A stretch of DNA of 40,000 nt. Origin: Thiorhodococcus drewsii AZ1 (lineage in GTDB: Bacteria > Pseudomonadota > Gammaproteobacteria > Chromatiales > Chromatiaceae). This document shows positions 1 to 8,984 of the stretch, in pieces. The notes below the pieces were generated by a model. That model worked only from the letters and a program-made list of their open reading frames with translations. It ran no database searches and had not been told where the DNA came from. The stretch lies in the NCBI RefSeq assembly GCF_000224065.1, contig NZ_AFWT01000003.1, positions 89,355-129,354 of the forward strand, written 5' to 3'. Made by a program: the position numbers and the translations under genes. Position 1 is the stretch's first letter; the number at the start of each line of letters is the position of its first letter.

Positions 1-659
1 TAGACGACGACTTGGCTGACGGTGCTTTCGCTGTCCTCGGCATCGACCGCCGTGGTGGTCGCGAGTTCGAGGACGGATTGCATCTCGGTGTTGACCCGCA
101 TGAGATCCTTCTGGCTGGAGGCCAGGTTGTCGAGGAGGTTGCTGCTGTTGAGCTGCTGGACCTGGGTGAGGAGGCGGTTGCGCATCTTTTCGCGCTGGAC
201 CTCGGCGATGCCGTCGAGCAGTCGGTTGTGGCTTTCCAGTCCCTCCTTGAAGGTGCCGTGCAGTCCGGCGGGAAACGCCTTGCGATAGGTGTTTCCGGCA
301 ACGTGTTGACTGAAGGCCGTGGTCTCGTCGCGGAAGAAGGTCTCCAGCTGGTCGAGCATGTCGTTGACGTTCCAGCACAGCAGGCCGATCTCATCGGCGT
401 GGCGGATGTCGGTGATGCGGCCCTCGAAGCGGCCTGCGGCGATCTCGGCGGTCAGCCGGTCCAGCGCGGTAATGGGTGCCAGCCAACTTCCGACCGCCCT
501 CTGCCCCACGATGGCGACGCCGATCGCCAGTAGCGGGAACAAGACCATCGCCCAGTCCGTCCCAGTTTGCCACCAGGCATAGAGGGTGCTCGCGAGCGTC
601 AGGCCGGCGAGGGACCAGAGCAGGGCGACGAACTTAGATTGCAAGGACCAATTCGTCAT
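1..659 (-). CDS. Methyl-accepting chemotaxis transducer-like protein, N-terminal part (TM hairpin + HAMP + start of signalling coiled coil). The 3' end lies outside the window.
   Basis: Absent from the ORF track because it runs off the window edge. My translation of the minus strand from ATG 659..657 gives MTNWSLQSKFVALLWSLAGLTLASTLYAWWQTGTDWAMVLFPLLAIGVAIVGQRAVGSWLAPITALDRLTAEIAAGRFEGRITDIRHADEIGLLCWNVNDMLDQLETFFRDE...QVQQLNSSNLLDNLASSQKDLMRVNTEMQSV. It shows two hydrophobic segments followed by a HAMP-like pattern, as in Aer/PAS-MCP receptors. Confidence 0.7.
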   Translation of the reverse strand, partial: MTNWSLQSKFVALLWSLAGLTLASTLYAWWQTGTDWAMVLFPLLAIGVAIVGQRAVGSWLAPITALDRLTAEIAAGRFEGRITDIRHADEIGLLCWNVNDMLDQLETFFRDETTAFSQHVAGNTYRKAFPAGLHGTFKEGLESHNRLLDGIAEVQREKMRNRLLTQVQQLNSSNLLDNLASSQKDLMRVNTEMQSVLELATTTAVDAEDSESTVSQVVV

Positions 660-1152
660 AGCTCATGCCCTTTTCGGTCAAGAGATCGGTGAGAATTTTG
701 CTGGAGGCATCGATCGCCAGTTTGGGACCGGCTTGGTGCTCGGCATCGAGCATGGCGCGGTAGAGTTCGGTGACGGTGGCGAGAGCCGTCGCCTTAGGTT
801 TGCGTCGTACCGAGAAATAGCCGTCGATGGTGCCGTTGGGGGCCAGGCTCGGGGTGATGTTGGCGAAGACCCAGTAAAAGCTCCCGTCCTTCGCCATGTT
901 CTTCACGTAGGCGTTACATTCGCGCTTCGCCTGGATGGTGTCCCAGAGCAGTTTGAAAACCGCCCTCGGCATATCGGGGTGACGGATGATGTTGTGCTGG
1001 GTTCCGATCAGCTCGGACTCGGTATAGCCGGAGAACTCGATGAAGATGCGATTGCCGTAGGTGATACGTCCGGTGGGGTCTGTTTTGGAGACGATGAAAT
1101 CGTCGTCCCTCATGACCTTCTCCACCGAGGTGGGCGTGATCTTTCGTTTCAT
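634..1152 (-). CDS. PAS-domain sensor protein (Aer / PAS-MCP type N-terminal sensing module)
   Basis: 172-aa ORF. It carries the hallmark PAS-MCP string DPTGRITYGNRIFIEFSGYTESELIGTQHNIIRHPDMPRAVFKLLWDTIQAKRECNAYVKNMAKDGSFYWVFANITP. The stop TAA at 634..636 lies 26 nt inside the next ORF, which is in a different frame. Confidence 0.85.
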   Translation of the reverse strand: MKRKITPTSVEKVMRDDDFIVSKTDPTGRITYGNRIFIEFSGYTESELIGTQHNIIRHPDMPRAVFKLLWDTIQAKRECNAYVKNMAKDGSFYWVFANITPSLAPNGTIDGYFSVRRKPKATALATVTELYRAMLDAEHQAGPKLAIDASSKILTDLLTEKGMSYDELVLAI

Positions 1153-1557
1153 GTCGGCGAAGCGTCGGCGCGTCCCCGTTCGTCGATGGAGACGATGCGG
1201 TGATGTGTGGGATTGAACGCCTACAGGGCGTTCGCTGCGAGTCCTGTCGGCCTATGCCGCAACCGACCGGGCTGTACGTCCGTCCATCATGGGGTGCGGC
1301 TGGCGATCTGTCCGGAGTCATTTGTTCGATCCTGAGGCCCGATCGCATGATCTGTGAACGGGGTGTGGGATGGAGCGAAATGACATTCATCAATTCAAAT
1401 GTAGCTTTATTGGCATGCTACGCTGTGCCTCCTTGGGAGACAAGCTGCGCCATTGCGATCTGTGAGGTGCGTGTCAAGACCCGTCGCAACTCATTGAATC
1501 GATATCAATTAAGAACGGCTGGCTTCAGGGAATCAGTGATGAGGAGCAGGGTTCGCC

Positions 1558-1950
1558 ATGTCGATCGATCCCCATGTTCGAGCGCGTTTTCTGCGTGCGC
1601 GCTGATCCGTGTACACCATCCTCGTACTGGCCTACATGATGGTCTTTTTCCACCGAATGGTGTCAGGCGTGGTCGCTGCGGACCTGATGGCTGCCTTCGG
1701 CACCAGCGGGGCCGCGCTCGGCTCGCTCGCCGCCATGTACGACTACGTCTACACGGCGATGCAGAGTCCTTCGGGGGTGCTGGCGGACACACAGGGTTAA
1801 CGAATCGTCCTCGCCCTCGGCTGTCTCGTGGCGGGAGGTGGCTCGATCCTGTTCGGCGTGCTCTCGCTCGCCATCTGGATGGCGCTCATCGTCGCCGCCT
1901 TCGTCCATGCAACGAAAGGCCGCAACATCACAATCGCCCACCGCCCGTAG
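1558..1950 (+). pseudogene. Remnant of an MFS-family transporter (N-terminal ~130 codons, two in-frame stops, truncated)
   Basis: My reading from ATG 1558 gives MSIDPHVRARFLRAR*SVYTILVLAYMMVFFHRMVSGVVAADLMAAFGTSGAALGSLAAMYDYVYTAMQSPSGVLADTQG*RIVLALGCLVAGGGSILFGVLSLAIWMALIVAAFVHATKGRNITIAHRP*. The in-frame stops are TGA 1603..1605 and TAA 1798..1800. The FFHR...ADL...G...Y...Y...Q.P.G.LAD pattern is the TM1-TM2/loop signature of MFS transporters. Intact members are about 400 aa. Confidence 0.65.
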
Positions 1951-2019
1951 CCCGGATGGAGCGATAGCGGAATCCGGGGATACCCTCGCGGATGGGTGCG
2001 GTGGTGAGTCGGGCACCGT

Positions 2020-2046
2020 CCTGGGTTTCGCTGCGCTTCACCCAGG
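2020..2046. repeat. REP-like hairpin, copy A (stem CCTGGGT/ACCCAGG, loop TTCGCTGCGCTTC)
   Basis: Read directly from the sequence. It abuts the fhcC stop codon (2047..2049). It belongs to the five-copy family listed under findings. Confidence 0.7.
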
Positions 2047-2859
2047 CTACGTGAGCGGCGGCCAGGCCAATACCTCGCCCTGGCCGCCGTGGCCGAGGTC
2101 GCCGAGCCAGCGTTGGACGCGGGTGCCGCGTTCGCCGATCTGGTCGAAGGGCGACGGGAGTGATTTGGCGAGCAGGGTCAGGACGCTGAGGTCCTGCGGT
2201 CCGTTGTCGTTGAAGGTCGGCGGCAATTCGGGCGCGGAGGTCAGCAGTATCGTGCCGCGCCGCATGGCGAATCCGACATTGGCTCCGGTCTGGCCGAGGA
2301 CGAGGATGGTGCCGGCGCCCATGCGCGAGCCGCAATAGTCTCCGGCGTTGCCGGCGATCAGGATCATGCCGCGTCGCTGGCGGTCGCCGACGCGCTCGCC
2401 GGCATTGCCCCGTACCTCGATCCGACCGCCGCGCAGTCCGCGCCGCTCGCCTGGGATGGCGGCGCCGAGGAAGTCGCCTGCGTTACCGCCGATCCGAAGC
2501 AGGCCGCCCGTCATGCCGGTTCCGGCGAAGAGGCTCGCGTCGCCCTCGACCTGGATCTCGCCGCCGCGCATCCCGCGTCCGAGATAGGCACCGGCGTGTC
2601 CCTGGATGCGGATGCTGCCCCGGGTCATCCCGCTGCCGATGCCGTCGAGCCGATCGCTCTCGGACTCGATGCGGATGTGATCGCTGTCGTGTCCATGGAT
2701 GATGAAGAGGTCGCCGGCGGGCATCTGGCGATTGCCGACCCACAGCGGGAGCGCCTGAATATCGGCCAGGGACTTTCCCGCGAGCGCGTCCGATGTGAAT
2801 CCAGAAAGATCGATGCGTTGTCGCGGGCATTCCCGCAGGCGCAGTGTGAGCGCGCTCAT
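2047..2859 (-). CDS. fhcC: Formyltransferase/hydrolase complex subunit C (FmdC/FwdC-like)
   Basis: Only the last 270 aa of track ORF 2047..4092 are the gene, with ATG at 2859..2857 (MSALTLRLRECPRQ...). It has repeated glycine-rich beta-helix units (GNAGDFLGA, GNAGERVGD, GNAGDYCGS) typical of subunit C. Its start forms an ATGA overlap with the fhcD stop. Confidence 0.9.
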   Translation of the reverse strand: MSALTLRLRECPRQRIDLSGFTSDALAGKSLADIQALPLWVGNRQMPAGDLFIIHGHDSDHIRIESESDRLDGIGSGMTRGSIRIQGHAGAYLGRGMRGGEIQVEGDASLFAGTGMTGGLLRIGGNAGDFLGAAIPGERRGLRGGRIEVRGNAGERVGDRQRRGMILIAGNAGDYCGSRMGAGTILVLGQTGANVGFAMRRGTILLTSAPELPPTFNDNGPQDLSVLTLLAKSLPSPFDQIGERGTRVQRWLGDLGHGGQGEVLAWPPLT

Positions 2860-3755
2860 GCCATCAGCTCCCGCAGGTGGAAATGGTATTGCCCCAGCTT
2901 GCCGCCGTAGTTGCCGGCCGAGATACGCAGGACGCCCGAGTCCGCGCCGAGCGTGCAGACCGCCTCGATGCCGGTCCGGGTCGCCTGGCGAACGTCGTCC
3001 TCGGTGAGGCCGTTGATGACGATCTCCAGCACGGCCCCGACCTCCGACCCCAGCTGGGAGGAGGGCGAGAGTCCCCGCAGGGTGGGACAGAAGGCGTCGT
3101 TGGTCGAGGCCATGAGCGCCTTGTATTTGGAACCGACCTTGGATCCCGAGCGCGCGATTCCGCCGGGGAAAGGCAGCAGGACGTTGGGCAGGGCGCGGAT
3201 TGCCGCGACCGCTCGTTCGCAGGCGGCGAGCGCCTGGGTCTGAGTGCGCGCCAGCACCAGGAAATTGCCGCCGCCGACGGCGCCGACACGGGCGGTCAAC
3301 TCCTCGCACAGGAACTCGCCGTCCATCACGGGCACCCGCCAGTAGCGTCGGCCGTCGATCTGCTTGGAGATCTGGTAGCCGTCTCCGAAGAATCGCAGGT
3401 TCTTGCCCAGCGGCACCGGCTTTTCGCTGGCGATGCCGGAGAAGATGGCCGTGGTCGGGCAGGTCAGAACGCATTGTCCCACCCGTCGTTCGACCTGCTT
3501 CTCCAGCTCCTTGCCCGACATGGCGAACAGCAGCACGCTGATGCCGGGACGGCCGTCGGGCGTTTGCTCGGGCGCCATCTCGGCCTCGATTCCGGCCTCG
3601 GCGCCGCAGGCGATGACCGAGGTTGCGAAACCGGTCATGGTCTCGGCGGCGATCCGTGCCCAGCGATGGTCGAGCGCGGTGATCACGAGCCGCGTGGCGT
3701 TCATGCCGAAGGCCTCGGCGAAGGTGTCCTCGATCTCGATGCCGTTGCGGATCAT
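2856..3755 (-). CDS. fhcD: Formylmethanofuran:tetrahydromethanopterin formyltransferase (Ftr family)
   Basis: The C-terminal 299 aa of track ORF 2856..4889 start at MIRNGIEIEDTFAEAFGMNATRLVITA (ATG 3755..3753). The full length resembles Ftr/FhcD. ATGA overlaps occur at both ends. Confidence 0.9.
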   Translation of the reverse strand: MIRNGIEIEDTFAEAFGMNATRLVITALDHRWARIAAETMTGFATSVIACGAEAGIEAEMAPEQTPDGRPGISVLLFAMSGKELEKQVERRVGQCVLTCPTTAIFSGIASEKPVPLGKNLRFFGDGYQISKQIDGRRYWRVPVMDGEFLCEELTARVGAVGGGNFLVLARTQTQALAACERAVAAIRALPNVLLPFPGGIARSGSKVGSKYKALMASTNDAFCPTLRGLSPSSQLGSEVGAVLEIVINGLTEDDVRQATRTGIEAVCTLGADSGVLRISAGNYGGKLGQYHFHLRELMA

Positions 3756-5422
3756 GTGACGCTCCTCGGTCGGCAGGGGTGGACCTCGACCGGGCTGCCG
3801 ATGCCCTCGGCCATCTCCGCGTCGGAGATGCCGAAGTTGGCCAGTCGCACCGTATGGTGGCGGTCGAACCAGTCGCCGATGCGCCGCTCGATGGCGCGAT
3901 CGTATTCGGGCCGAACCACCTGGGTGGTTCCCTGCAGCGGACGGGTGATGCGTCCCTCTTCGACCACGACCTCGCCGTTCTTGAAGACGAGCATGGGGCT
4001 GGAAAAGATCCGCTCGGCATCGTCCGAGGGGCGGTAGACGCAGAGGTCGGCGCGGGCGCCCGATCCCAGATGGCCGCGATCGGTGAGCCCAAGGATCCGC
4101 GCCGGCGCGGCCCGGGTCATGATGGCGATCTCGTAGAGGCTGTATTCGCGCTCCAGCGAGCCGAGCAGGCTCATGGCGGCGGCGTCCGGGTGGATCCGCG
4201 CGAGCTGATCGTTGCGGAAGCTGCGGTCCATCAGCAGCCGGATGAGATGCGGATAGCTGGTGAAGGGCGCACCGTTGGGGTGGTCCGTGGTGAGGAAGAC
4301 CCGCCAGGGATCCTCGACCATGAGGAACAGCTCCAGTCCGATCGCCCATTGCAGTGCATTGACGAAGTTCTTGTCCTTGTAGCGAAAGGGGATGACGCCG
4401 CATCCGGCCTCGCACTCGATGTCCATGCAGGTCCATTTGTGCGGATGGGCGTGATGATGGTTGGCATGCTGGTGCATGCTGTCGCCCGAGATGGTCACCG
4501 TCTGACCGAACATCACCTGTCCGACATCGATGGTGACGTTTTTCAGCCGGTTCACGGCCTCGGCGATCTCGGCCGCCGCCGACGAGAAATGCCGATCCCC
4601 CTCGGTTCCGTAGGCGTGGAACTGGATGTGGGTCAGGTGGATGGGAAAGCCCTCGGCGGCGGCCATGGTCGCCAGGGTCGCGGTCCGATTGCCGGGGACG
4701 CCCAGGTTGGATGCATGGACATGGAGCGGGTGCGGCACGCCCAGTTCGGCGACCGCGCGGCTCAGGGTGCGGATGATGTCGCGCGGTTTGAGCGGGTAGT
4801 GCGGGTGCTGCTCGTCGACGTCCAGGGTGCGGGCGTTGAACTTGAAGGCGTTGATCCCGCCCGGGTTGACCACCTTGATACCGATGCACTGGGTGGCGTG
4901 CAGGGTCCAGGCGACATAGTCGTTGATGGTCTCCTGGCTCGCCCCCTCGCTCATGAGTTGCAGCAGCAGGTCGTCGTTGCCGAGCATGGCGTAGCCGCCG
5001 GTGTCGACCATCGGCGTGTCGGCCATCTCCATGTGCGACTGACGTGCGTTGATCGGCAGGATGGCGGGCTCGAAGCAGCAGGTATAGCCCATCTCCGCGT
5101 AACGGTAGCCGGCGGCGAGGGTCGAGGGCGCGGCATGGCCGCCGCCCGAGCGGGTCGAGGCGGTCCGGTTGCGACGATGGGCGCGCTGGTCCTCCGGCAG
5201 CATGGCGCGGGCGATGTTGACCTTGCCGCCGCCGATATGGGTGTGCATGTCGATCGCGCCCGCCATGACCAGCTTGCCGTCCAGATCGAAGGTCTGTCCG
5301 GGCGTCTCGCCGGGCGGTGGGTGGTGCAGGATGCGACCGTCGTGGATGTAGAGATCGCGGACCTCGCCGTCGATCCCGTTCGCGGGATCGTACAGTCGGC
5401 CGCCAGCGAGCTTGGTCAGCAC
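3752..5422 (-). CDS. fhcA: Formyltransferase/hydrolase complex subunit A (amidohydrolase, FmdA/FwdA-like)
   Basis: I chose the GTG start at 5422..5420 (VLTKLAGGRLYDPANGIDG...), giving 556 aa. Everything upstream in the track ORF lies inside fhcB. It carries the metal-binding amidohydrolase motif AIDMHTHIGGG. It overlaps the fhcB stop by 7 nt. Confidence 0.88.
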   Translation of the reverse strand: MLTKLAGGRLYDPANGIDGEVRDLYIHDGRILHHPPPGETPGQTFDLDGKLVMAGAIDMHTHIGGGKVNIARAMLPEDQRAHRRNRTASTRSGGGHAAPSTLAAGYRYAEMGYTCCFEPAILPINARQSHMEMADTPMVDTGGYAMLGNDDLLLQLMSEGASQETINDYVAWTLHATQCIGIKVVNPGGINAFKFNARTLDVDEQHPHYPLKPRDIIRTLSRAVAELGVPHPLHVHASNLGVPGNRTATLATMAAAEGFPIHLTHIQFHAYGTEGDRHFSSAAAEIAEAVNRLKNVTIDVGQVMFGQTVTISGDSMHQHANHHHAHPHKWTCMDIECEAGCGVIPFRYKDKNFVNALQWAIGLELFLMVEDPWRVFLTTDHPNGAPFTSYPHLIRLLMDRSFRNDQLARIHPDAAAMSLLGSLEREYSLYEIAIMTRAAPARILGLTDRGHLGSGARADLCVYRPSDDAERIFSSPMLVFKNGEVVVEEGRITRPLQGTTQVVRPEYDRAIERRIGDWFDRHHTVRLANFGISDAEMAEGIGSPVEVHPCRPRSVT

Positions 5423-6726
5423 GGTGTCTCCTCCTGTGCGGTCTGCGCGAGGCGCTGGCCCAGTTGGGTGAGGATCTGGGCGACCGAGGGCAGTCCGAGA
5501 TCCCGGATCTGTCCCAGCGGCAGCGGACAGGCGGCGTCGCTGCGATACCAGTGCCCCGGATGATCGATGCCCGGAACCCCGACCGGAATGAAGACCTCGG
5601 GCGGACGTTCGAGAAGCAGTCCAGGGTGTCCCAGTACCAGTGTTGGACAGTCCGTCGATGGTGGGTCGCCGCCTCCCGGAATTGCGGCGATCCACAGCAG
5701 CAGGTCGCATTCGTTGCGGGCTAGGATGTCCTGGTGGCGGTTCAACATGGGGTCGTAGCGCGGACCTTGTTGCTGGAAATCGGTGCGAAGCGGATAGCCG
5801 CTCTGCCAGGTGCAGACCTGATTGACCGTGATGTCGCCGAGCGTGCCGGCCAATGGCAGCGCGGCGGCTCGGGTGGTTTGGTTGAGGTCGCGCACCAGTT
5901 CGCTCAGTGCCTGGACGGTCAGCTCGGCGTGCGGGAAATCCAGCTCGGCGGCAGACCAGACGAACAGGGCATAGCTGGCCGACTTGAGCTGCTCCGCCAG
6001 CGTCAGGAGCGTCTCGGCGTTCACGTCTGGGATGGCGTCGGCGCGCACCGGGCGTCCGGCGACGAGCCCGCGCAGCAGCCCGGCGAGTGCGCCGATCTGT
6101 CGGTTCTCGATCTGAATTACATTCTGAATGCAGCCCCGCAGTTCGGCCGGAACCGCTTGGCTTTCATTGGGGCCGATGAGGACGAAACGCCGCTCGCTTG
6201 TCTCCGTGAACAGCGCCTCGGGCGGGCTTAGGACGCGCTCGATCAGTCTGGGGAAGCGTTCGTGCCATTGTGATCCGATCAGCACGACCAGATCGGCGCG
6301 ATTGCGTGCCTCGGTCAGAGTCGTGGTCATCCAGCCGCTGTCCTGCTGCACCAATTGGTTGCGGAAGAGGGCGTCGCTATTGACGTGATCCAGCAGTGCG
6401 CCGCACTGGTCGGCCAGGCTCAGTGCGGCGCGCATCCCGTTCACGTCGGTTGCGAGGCCGCCGAAGAGCGGTGCGCGTGCCTCGCGGAGTCGGCTGACGC
6501 ACCGCTCCAGCGTCTCTTCGAGCGCGACAGGTCGCCCTGCGATCATGGGCGGTCGCGTTTCGGCCGCCATGAGTTGGGTGAAGGCATTGCGCGCGGTCTC
6601 GCAGCCGTTTCGGATGTCGATCGGGCCGTTCGGGTCCTGATGCTCCAGTTGCAGATCGTCACACGCGAGCCCACAAAAGGGGCAGGTGAGATGGTCCGTG
6701 CTGGCGGTGAGCTCGGTCTTCCACAT
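5416..6726 (-). CDS. fhcB: Formyltransferase/hydrolase complex subunit B (FmdB/FwdB-like)
   Basis: 436-aa ORF with the N-terminal cysteine motif HLTCPFCGLACDDLQL, followed by a molybdopterin-oxidoreductase-like fold. It is the first gene of the fhcBADC operon. Confidence 0.88.
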   Translation of the reverse strand: MWKTELTASTDHLTCPFCGLACDDLQLEHQDPNGPIDIRNGCETARNAFTQLMAAETRPPMIAGRPVALEETLERCVSRLREARAPLFGGLATDVNGMRAALSLADQCGALLDHVNSDALFRNQLVQQDSGWMTTTLTEARNRADLVVLIGSQWHERFPRLIERVLSPPEALFTETSERRFVLIGPNESQAVPAELRGCIQNVIQIENRQIGALAGLLRGLVAGRPVRADAIPDVNAETLLTLAEQLKSASYALFVWSAAELDFPHAELTVQALSELVRDLNQTTRAAALPLAGTLGDITVNQVCTWQSGYPLRTDFQQQGPRYDPMLNRHQDILARNECDLLLWIAAIPGGGDPPSTDCPTLVLGHPGLLLERPPEVFIPVGVPGIDHPGHWYRSDAACPLPLGQIRDLGLPSVAQILTQLGQRLAQTAQEETPC

Positions 6727-7001
6727 GATGCTTCTGAGCGTCTCCCTGGAATGGACGTGGGAGTGAAGCCGCCGCGCGAGCGGCGGGCGATGTCCGGCCG
6801 TGTTGCAACGCAGACATCATGCCATTTAGACGATGGTTTCGCTGGCTTGATGCGCACCGTTGGCGCGCGCCGGTCAGGGCTGCCGGCTGGTCGCTCGGTG
6901 TGTCCAGCGGCATGCCTTCGAGTGACACTCTGAGTCAGCAGGGACACAGGCACGGCCGACCGGCATGTCCGCCGGGATCGCGAGCCTGTTTGCGATGGGC
7001 A

Positions 7002-7017
7002 GGGCATGTGATTTGCT
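7002..7017 (+). promoter_or_regulatory. Candidate sigma-54 (-24/-12) promoter upstream of mptG
   Basis: GGGCATGTGATTTGCT has GG (7003-7004) and GC (7015-7016) separated by exactly 10 nt. It resembles TGGCACG-N4-TTGCT with two mismatches in the -24 hexamer. It lies about 40 nt upstream of the mptG ATG (7057). Confidence 0.35.
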
Positions 7018-7056
7018 TAGAGCGGATCAACGTCGATTTCGACAAGGGGGTAGTGG

Positions 7057-8073
7057 ATGAATCATCGCTTCACGACGCGTTATCCGAATCATACGGTCGA
7101 TGTGGAGGCGCCGGCCCGTCTTCATCTGGGATTCCTCGACCTCAACGGCGGGTTGGGGCGCCGCTTCGGCAGTCTGGGGCTGACCATCGAGGGGGTGGCG
7201 ACCAGGTTGCGAGCCGAAAGGACCGATGATTTCAGCGCCGAGGGGCCTGAGTCGGAGCGGGCGCTGGCGTTCGCCCGAGCCTATGGAGCTCGACTCGGTC
7301 TTGCGGGAGGCGTGCGTCTTCATCTGCATGAAACGATTCCCGGACATGCCGGCTTGGGGTCCGGGACGCAACTGGCGCTTGCGGTCGGAACGGCCATGGC
7401 GCGTCTCTACGAGGCCCATTCGGACAGCCGCGCGATTGCCGGCATCTTGGAGCGTGGTCGGCGTTCCGGGATCGGTATCGGCGCCTTCGAGGACGGCGGG
7501 TTCATCGTGGATTGCGGGCGCGATGACCGCGCGCCGGGCGAGGTTCCTCCGCTCGCCTTGCGTCTGTCCTTCCCCGAGGACTGGCGTATTCTGTTGTTGT
7601 TCGATCAACGGGGACAGGGAATGCATGGCGAACGGGAAGTGCGTGCGTTCGCCGAGCTGCCCGAGTTTCCCGAGGCGTCGGCCGGTCAACTGTGTCGGAT
7701 CCTGCTGATGCAGGTCGTGCCCGGTCTGCTCGAAGGAAGTCTGGATCCGGTGGCCGAGGGGATCGGCGCCATCCAGCGCACCGTCGGCGAACATTTCGCG
7801 CCGGCCCAGGGCGGCTGCTTCGCCTCGCCGGCGGTGTCTGCCGCGCTCGATTGGGCAGCCGGTCAGGGCTTCGCCGGGGTGGGCCAGAGTTCATGGGGTC
7901 CGACTGGCTTCGTGCTGGCCGAGGATGGCGAACAGGCGCGCTGGCTGGAACAGGGACTCAAGCGCCGTTTCGGCGATCTGTCCCCGCTGCGCTACCGCAT
8001 CGTGACCGGACGCAATCTCGGTGCCCGCATCGATCGCGTCGAGGCGCCGATCAAACTTCGTCAAGAGAGCTGA
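7057..8073 (+). CDS. mptG: Beta-ribofuranosylaminobenzene 5'-phosphate (RFAP) synthase, the first committed step of methanopterin biosynthesis (GHMP-kinase fold)
   Basis: 338-aa ORF. It has the GHMP-type motif IPGHAGLGSGTQLALAVG and the N-terminal APARLHLGFLDLNGGLGRRFGSLG pattern typical of the MptG family. It sits next to mtdB/mch. Confidence 0.85.
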   Translation: MNHRFTTRYPNHTVDVEAPARLHLGFLDLNGGLGRRFGSLGLTIEGVATRLRAERTDDFSAEGPESERALAFARAYGARLGLAGGVRLHLHETIPGHAGLGSGTQLALAVGTAMARLYEAHSDSRAIAGILERGRRSGIGIGAFEDGGFIVDCGRDDRAPGEVPPLALRLSFPEDWRILLLFDQRGQGMHGEREVRAFAELPEFPEASAGQLCRILLMQVVPGLLEGSLDPVAEGIGAIQRTVGEHFAPAQGGCFASPAVSAALDWAAGQGFAGVGQSSWGPTGFVLAEDGEQARWLEQGLKRRFGDLSPLRYRIVTGRNLGARIDRVEAPIKLRQES

Positions 8074-8081
8074 CCGATTCC

Positions 8082-8984
8082 ATGGAAAAGCCCTTCATCC
8101 TGCACATGATCACGGCGGCCAAGAACCTGAGCCCCTTCGACGTCAACATGGCCTGCGATGCCGGCTGGACGGTCTGCGTGCCCTATCTCCAGGTTGCATT
8201 GGACGAGGTTCCGGGCCTGGTTCAGGACGCCATCTTCTCGCGCGGCCCCAAGGGCGTGAAGCGCACCGGGCTCTTCCTCGGCGGACGCGACATCAATCTG
8301 GCCAACGACATGCTGGACGCGGCGCGGGGTGCCATGGTGCCGCCGTTCGAGGTCTCGGTCCTGGCCGATCCCAGCGGGGCCTTCACCACGGCGGCGGCCA
8401 TGGTCGCCTGTGTCGAATCCGAGCTGCGCAAGCTGAGCCCCGAGGGGCTCGCCGGTCGCCGGATCCTGGTCTTCGGCGGAACCGGTCCTGTGGGGACGGC
8501 CGCCGGCATGCTGGCCGCGAAGGCGGGCGCGGACGTGGCGATCGTCAGTCATCTGGGGCTGGGCAAGGCCGAGGAGGTGGCCCAGGCGATAGCGGATCGC
8601 TATGAGGTGACCCTGGGTGCCGAAGACGGCAGCGGTCCGGATCGTATCGCCGCCATGATGGCCGGGGCCGACGCCGTCTTCAATGCTGCCGCCGCTGGCG
8701 TTCAGGTGTTGAATGCCGATCAGGTCGAGGCCGGAACGCGGCTCAAGGTTGCCTGCGACGTCAACGCGGTTCCTCCGGAGGGGATCGAGGGGGTCGGTGT
8801 GATGGATCGGGGCGTGCCCATTGATGGCTCACACAGCGGTGCCCTGGGGATCGGCGCGCTTGCGGTCGGCAACGTCAAATATCAGGTGCAGCAGGCCCTG
8901 CTGCGCCAGATGCACGAGGCCGGATTCCCGCAATATCTGGGACTCGACGCCGCCTTCGAGATGGCCCGCCGGCATGTCGACTGA
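8082..8984 (+). CDS. mtdB: NAD(P)-dependent methylene-tetrahydromethanopterin dehydrogenase
   Basis: 300 aa from ATG 8082 (MEKPFILHMITAAKNLSPFDVNMACDAGW...). The upstream part of track ORF 7692..8984 overlaps mptG and is not coding. MtdB-type strings are present: SPFDVNMA.DAG, IFSRGP, VPPFEVSVLADPSGAFTTAAAMVA, GIGALAVGNVKYQ. Confidence 0.9.
   Translation: MEKPFILHMITAAKNLSPFDVNMACDAGWTVCVPYLQVALDEVPGLVQDAIFSRGPKGVKRTGLFLGGRDINLANDMLDAARGAMVPPFEVSVLADPSGAFTTAAAMVACVESELRKLSPEGLAGRRILVFGGTGPVGTAAGMLAAKAGADVAIVSHLGLGKAEEVAQAIADRYEVTLGAEDGSGPDRIAAMMAGADAVFNAAAAGVQVLNADQVEAGTRLKVACDVNAVPPEGIEGVGVMDRGVPIDGSHSGALGIGALAVGNVKYQVQQALLRQMHEAGFPQYLGLDAAFEMARRHVD

Noticed and set aside
1420-1440. TTGGCATGCTACGCTG as a sigma-54 promoter
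   Set aside because: The GG-to-GC spacing is 8-9 nt rather than 10, and the -12 element does not match TTGC.
2047-4889. Very long track ORFs 2047..4092 (681 aa) and 2856..4889 (677 aa)
   Set aside because: Only their C-terminal 270 and 299 codons are real genes (fhcC, fhcD). The N-terminal parts are Arg/Pro/Gly-rich out-of-frame read-through across fhcD/fhcA, which is typical of GC-rich DNA.
3779-5563. 594-aa plus-strand ORF
   Set aside because: It is antisense to fhcA and has a junk-like composition (V/G/D/A/R-rich, no motifs). The opposite strand has unmistakable amidohydrolase homology.
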